In this document: in pieces, positions 62,228 through 64,000 of the stretch
How the letters are laid out: each line of letters starts with the position of its first letter
Position numbering within the stretch: position 1 is the first letter of the stretch
Notes under the pieces: model-generated
The model's input: the letters and a program-made list of their open reading frames with translations, nothing else
The model's database searches: none
What the model was told of the DNA's origin: nothing
From: an uncultured delta proteobacterium
Lineage (GTDB): Bacteria > Desulfobacterota > RBG-13-43-22
NCBI GenBank assembly: GCA_963743305.1
Contig: CAVUPH010000007.1
Span: 192,001-256,000 of the forward strand
Length of the DNA stretch: 64,000 nt
Reading direction: 5' to 3'
Translations under genes and position numbers: made by a program

Positions 62228-62605
62228 GCCTTCGGCGTTGGGCGTTCGGCGATCGGCGTGGGAAGGAAGAGAAAAAGGGGGAAAGGGAGTCGAATATCCA
62301 ATATCCAACAAGGAATTGCCAATGATGAAGGAAAGAATTGTTGATCTACAGGTCCGGAGCGATGATTTCATCGAGGATGCCAGGAAAAACAAAGCCCGAG
62401 GGTGAACCACTATTTGGGTCTTGGATATTCCTTGTTGGATATTGGATATTCAAAGGATCATAGTGCCGGGAGAAGAAGTGTGTGAGTGTGTGGGTAAGTG
62501 AGGATGTGGGGGAAATCAGAGCCAAGGGGGAAAGAGCACAGTGTTCAGGGTGGAGTTCAGGGGGGAGACGTGTGTGAGTGTCTGGGTAGGTGGGTTGTGA
62601 GTAAG
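62228..62605. repeat. Cluster of different periodic repeat arms
   Basis: GGCGTTG/GGCGTTC/GGCGATC/GGCGTGG heptamers, the AATATCC IR pair, two GTGTGTGAGTGT arms and GTTCAGGG x2. Confidence 0.65.
62292..62451 (+). mobile_element. Miniature element: perfect 25-bp IR enclosing a 27-aa ORF resembling an internally deleted four-helix-bundle gene
   Basis: GAATATCCAATATCCAACAAGGAAT/ATTCCTTGTTGGATATTGGATATTC; ORF 62322-62405 MMKERIVDLQVRSDDFIEDARKNKARG*. Confidence 0.55.
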
Positions 62606-62918
62606 AAAATGGTGTAATAGTTTATGAGAATTTGGTGAGGTACTTGAAAGAAGAAGACCCTTAATCACCTACTTTCTTTCAATGGTGAGCTACTCGCGCC
62701 GTTGGATACTATTACCACTTCCGCTATCGCGGCTACTACATAATTTTATTGACAAAATAGATATAGCATCTTCAAAATAATGAGATAGTAGTCTATTTGG
62801 AGTTTTTTTCAGAAAAATCCTCTAGGGAGTTAGAAGGATAGGGGCTCACCGATTCGTACCTTTTTGAATAGCCCATCGGATTTTGCTATTCATTTTTCCG
62901 GCAGATTGGAGGATAAAC

Positions 62919-64000
62919 ATGGACGGAAAAGAGACTCCTTCCGGGGTGACGGACGATTTGCGACGGCGGGCGGAGGAGGTTGCCCGGGGCGGAGGATCAC
63001 GGACGCCGGATAACCTGGAGTCCCTGTCACCCGAGGCGACGCAGCGGCTGGTCCACGAACTGCGGGTGCATCAGGTCGAACTGGAGATCCAGAACGAGGA
63101 ATTGCGCCGGACCCAGGAGCAACTGGAAGGCTCTCGGGCGAGATATTTCGACCTGTACGATCTGGCTCCGGTGGGGTATGTCACCCTCAGCCAAGAGGGG
63201 ATGATCCTGGAGGCCAATCTTACGTTTGCCGCTCTGCTGGGGGTGATCCGAGGCGTTTTGGTCAAACAGCCGTTGACCCGCTTCATCGTTCGCGAGGACC
63301 AGGATATCCACTATCTGCACCGCAAGCAACTTCTGGAGACGGGTGCCTCCCAGCCTTACGAGCTGCGGATGCTCCGCCAGGGGCGCCCCCCCTTCTGGGC
63401 GCGGGCGGAGGCGACCACCGCTCTCGACGATGAGGGGACGACGATCTGTCGGGTCGTGGTGAGCGACATTACCGAGCACAAACGCACGGATGCCAGGAAG
63501 AGCGAAATCGAGGACCAGTCCCGGCAAACCCAGAAAGCCCAAAGTCTAGGCCGTATGGCCGGGGCCATCGCCCATCATTTCAATAACCAGCTCCAGGCCG
63601 TGATGGGAAACCTGGAGTTGGCCCTTTGGGATTTACCGCCGGATAAAGGACCGGTTAAAAACCTGCAGGCCGCCATGGAAGCGGCCAACCACGCGACGGA
63701 AGTCACCAAAGTGCTGCTGACCTACCTGGGGCAAACACCCGGTGAACGTGAGCCGCTGGATATTTCCGAGATCTGCCGTCGGAGCCTGATCATGCTCCGG
63801 GCGGCCATGCCGAAAGACATGCTTCTGACGATCGATTTTCCCTTCCCCGGTCCGGTCATCCGCGCGAACGCCAACCAAGTGCAGCAGGTCCTGACCAACC
63901 TGGTCACCAATGCCTGGGAAGCCGCCCAAGGCGGCCGGGCCGCCATTCGCCTTGCCATCAAAACGGTTTCCCCGGCGGCTATCCCCGAAGCAAACCGTTT
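62919..64000 (+). CDS. PAS sensor histidine kinase (partial, runs off the window)
   Basis: GGAGG RBS and ATG 62919; HELRVHQVELEIQNEELR, YFDLYDLAPVGY PAS, AHHFNNQL H-box and QQVLTNLVTNAWEA. Absent from the ORF track, consistent with no stop before the window edge. Confidence 0.9.
   Translation, partial: MDGKETPSGVTDDLRRRAEEVARGGGSRTPDNLESLSPEATQRLVHELRVHQVELEIQNEELRRTQEQLEGSRARYFDLYDLAPVGYVTLSQEGMILEANLTFAALLGVIRGVLVKQPLTRFIVREDQDIHYLHRKQLLETGASQPYELRMLRQGRPPFWARAEATTALDDEGTTICRVVVSDITEHKRTDARKSEIEDQSRQTQKAQSLGRMAGAIAHHFNNQLQAVMGNLELALWDLPPDKGPVKNLQAAMEAANHATEVTKVLLTYLGQTPGEREPLDISEICRRSLIMLRAAMPKDMLLTIDFPFPGPVIRANANQVQQVLTNLVTNAWEAAQGGRAAIRLAIKTVSPAAIPEANR

Overview
A 64 kb chromosomal segment, apparently from a strictly anaerobic deltaproteobacterium (Desulfobacterota-like; inferred from gene content). 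It carries: glycosyltransferase and flippase genes; a TolC/MFP/RND efflux operon with a CusRS/CzcRS-type two-component system; zwf-pgl preceded by only a C-terminal scar of gnd; an hdrA-mvhD-flxCBA-hdrD-like operon; pyrR; rnc-radical SAM-era; the benzoyl-CoA pathway genes had and oah; rlpA, ihfA and mnmG; an L,D-transpeptidase next to an Lpp/OprI-like lipoprotein; cobU-cobS-cobC-cbiB; nagZ; an RluA-family gene; and several PAS hybrid histidine kinases, some decayed. Three genes split or truncated in the ORF track read through in-frame UGA codons at conserved Cys positions with SECIS-like hairpins, so they are probable selenoproteins (UxxC glutaredoxin, HdrA, HdrD-like). About 11 single-base frameshifts in otherwise intact genes are probably sequencing errors. 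The intergenic DNA holds many palindromic elements: fixed-arm, variable-loop REP-like hairpins; a nested shell element; and several classes of 7/8-nt periodic inverted arms. One of these arm pairs encloses what looks like an internally deleted four-helix-bundle gene. There is also a structured non-coding segment resembling an orphan IS110-type left end. I found no tRNA, rRNA or CRISPR array. All family assignments come from motif recognition by eye, not from database searches.
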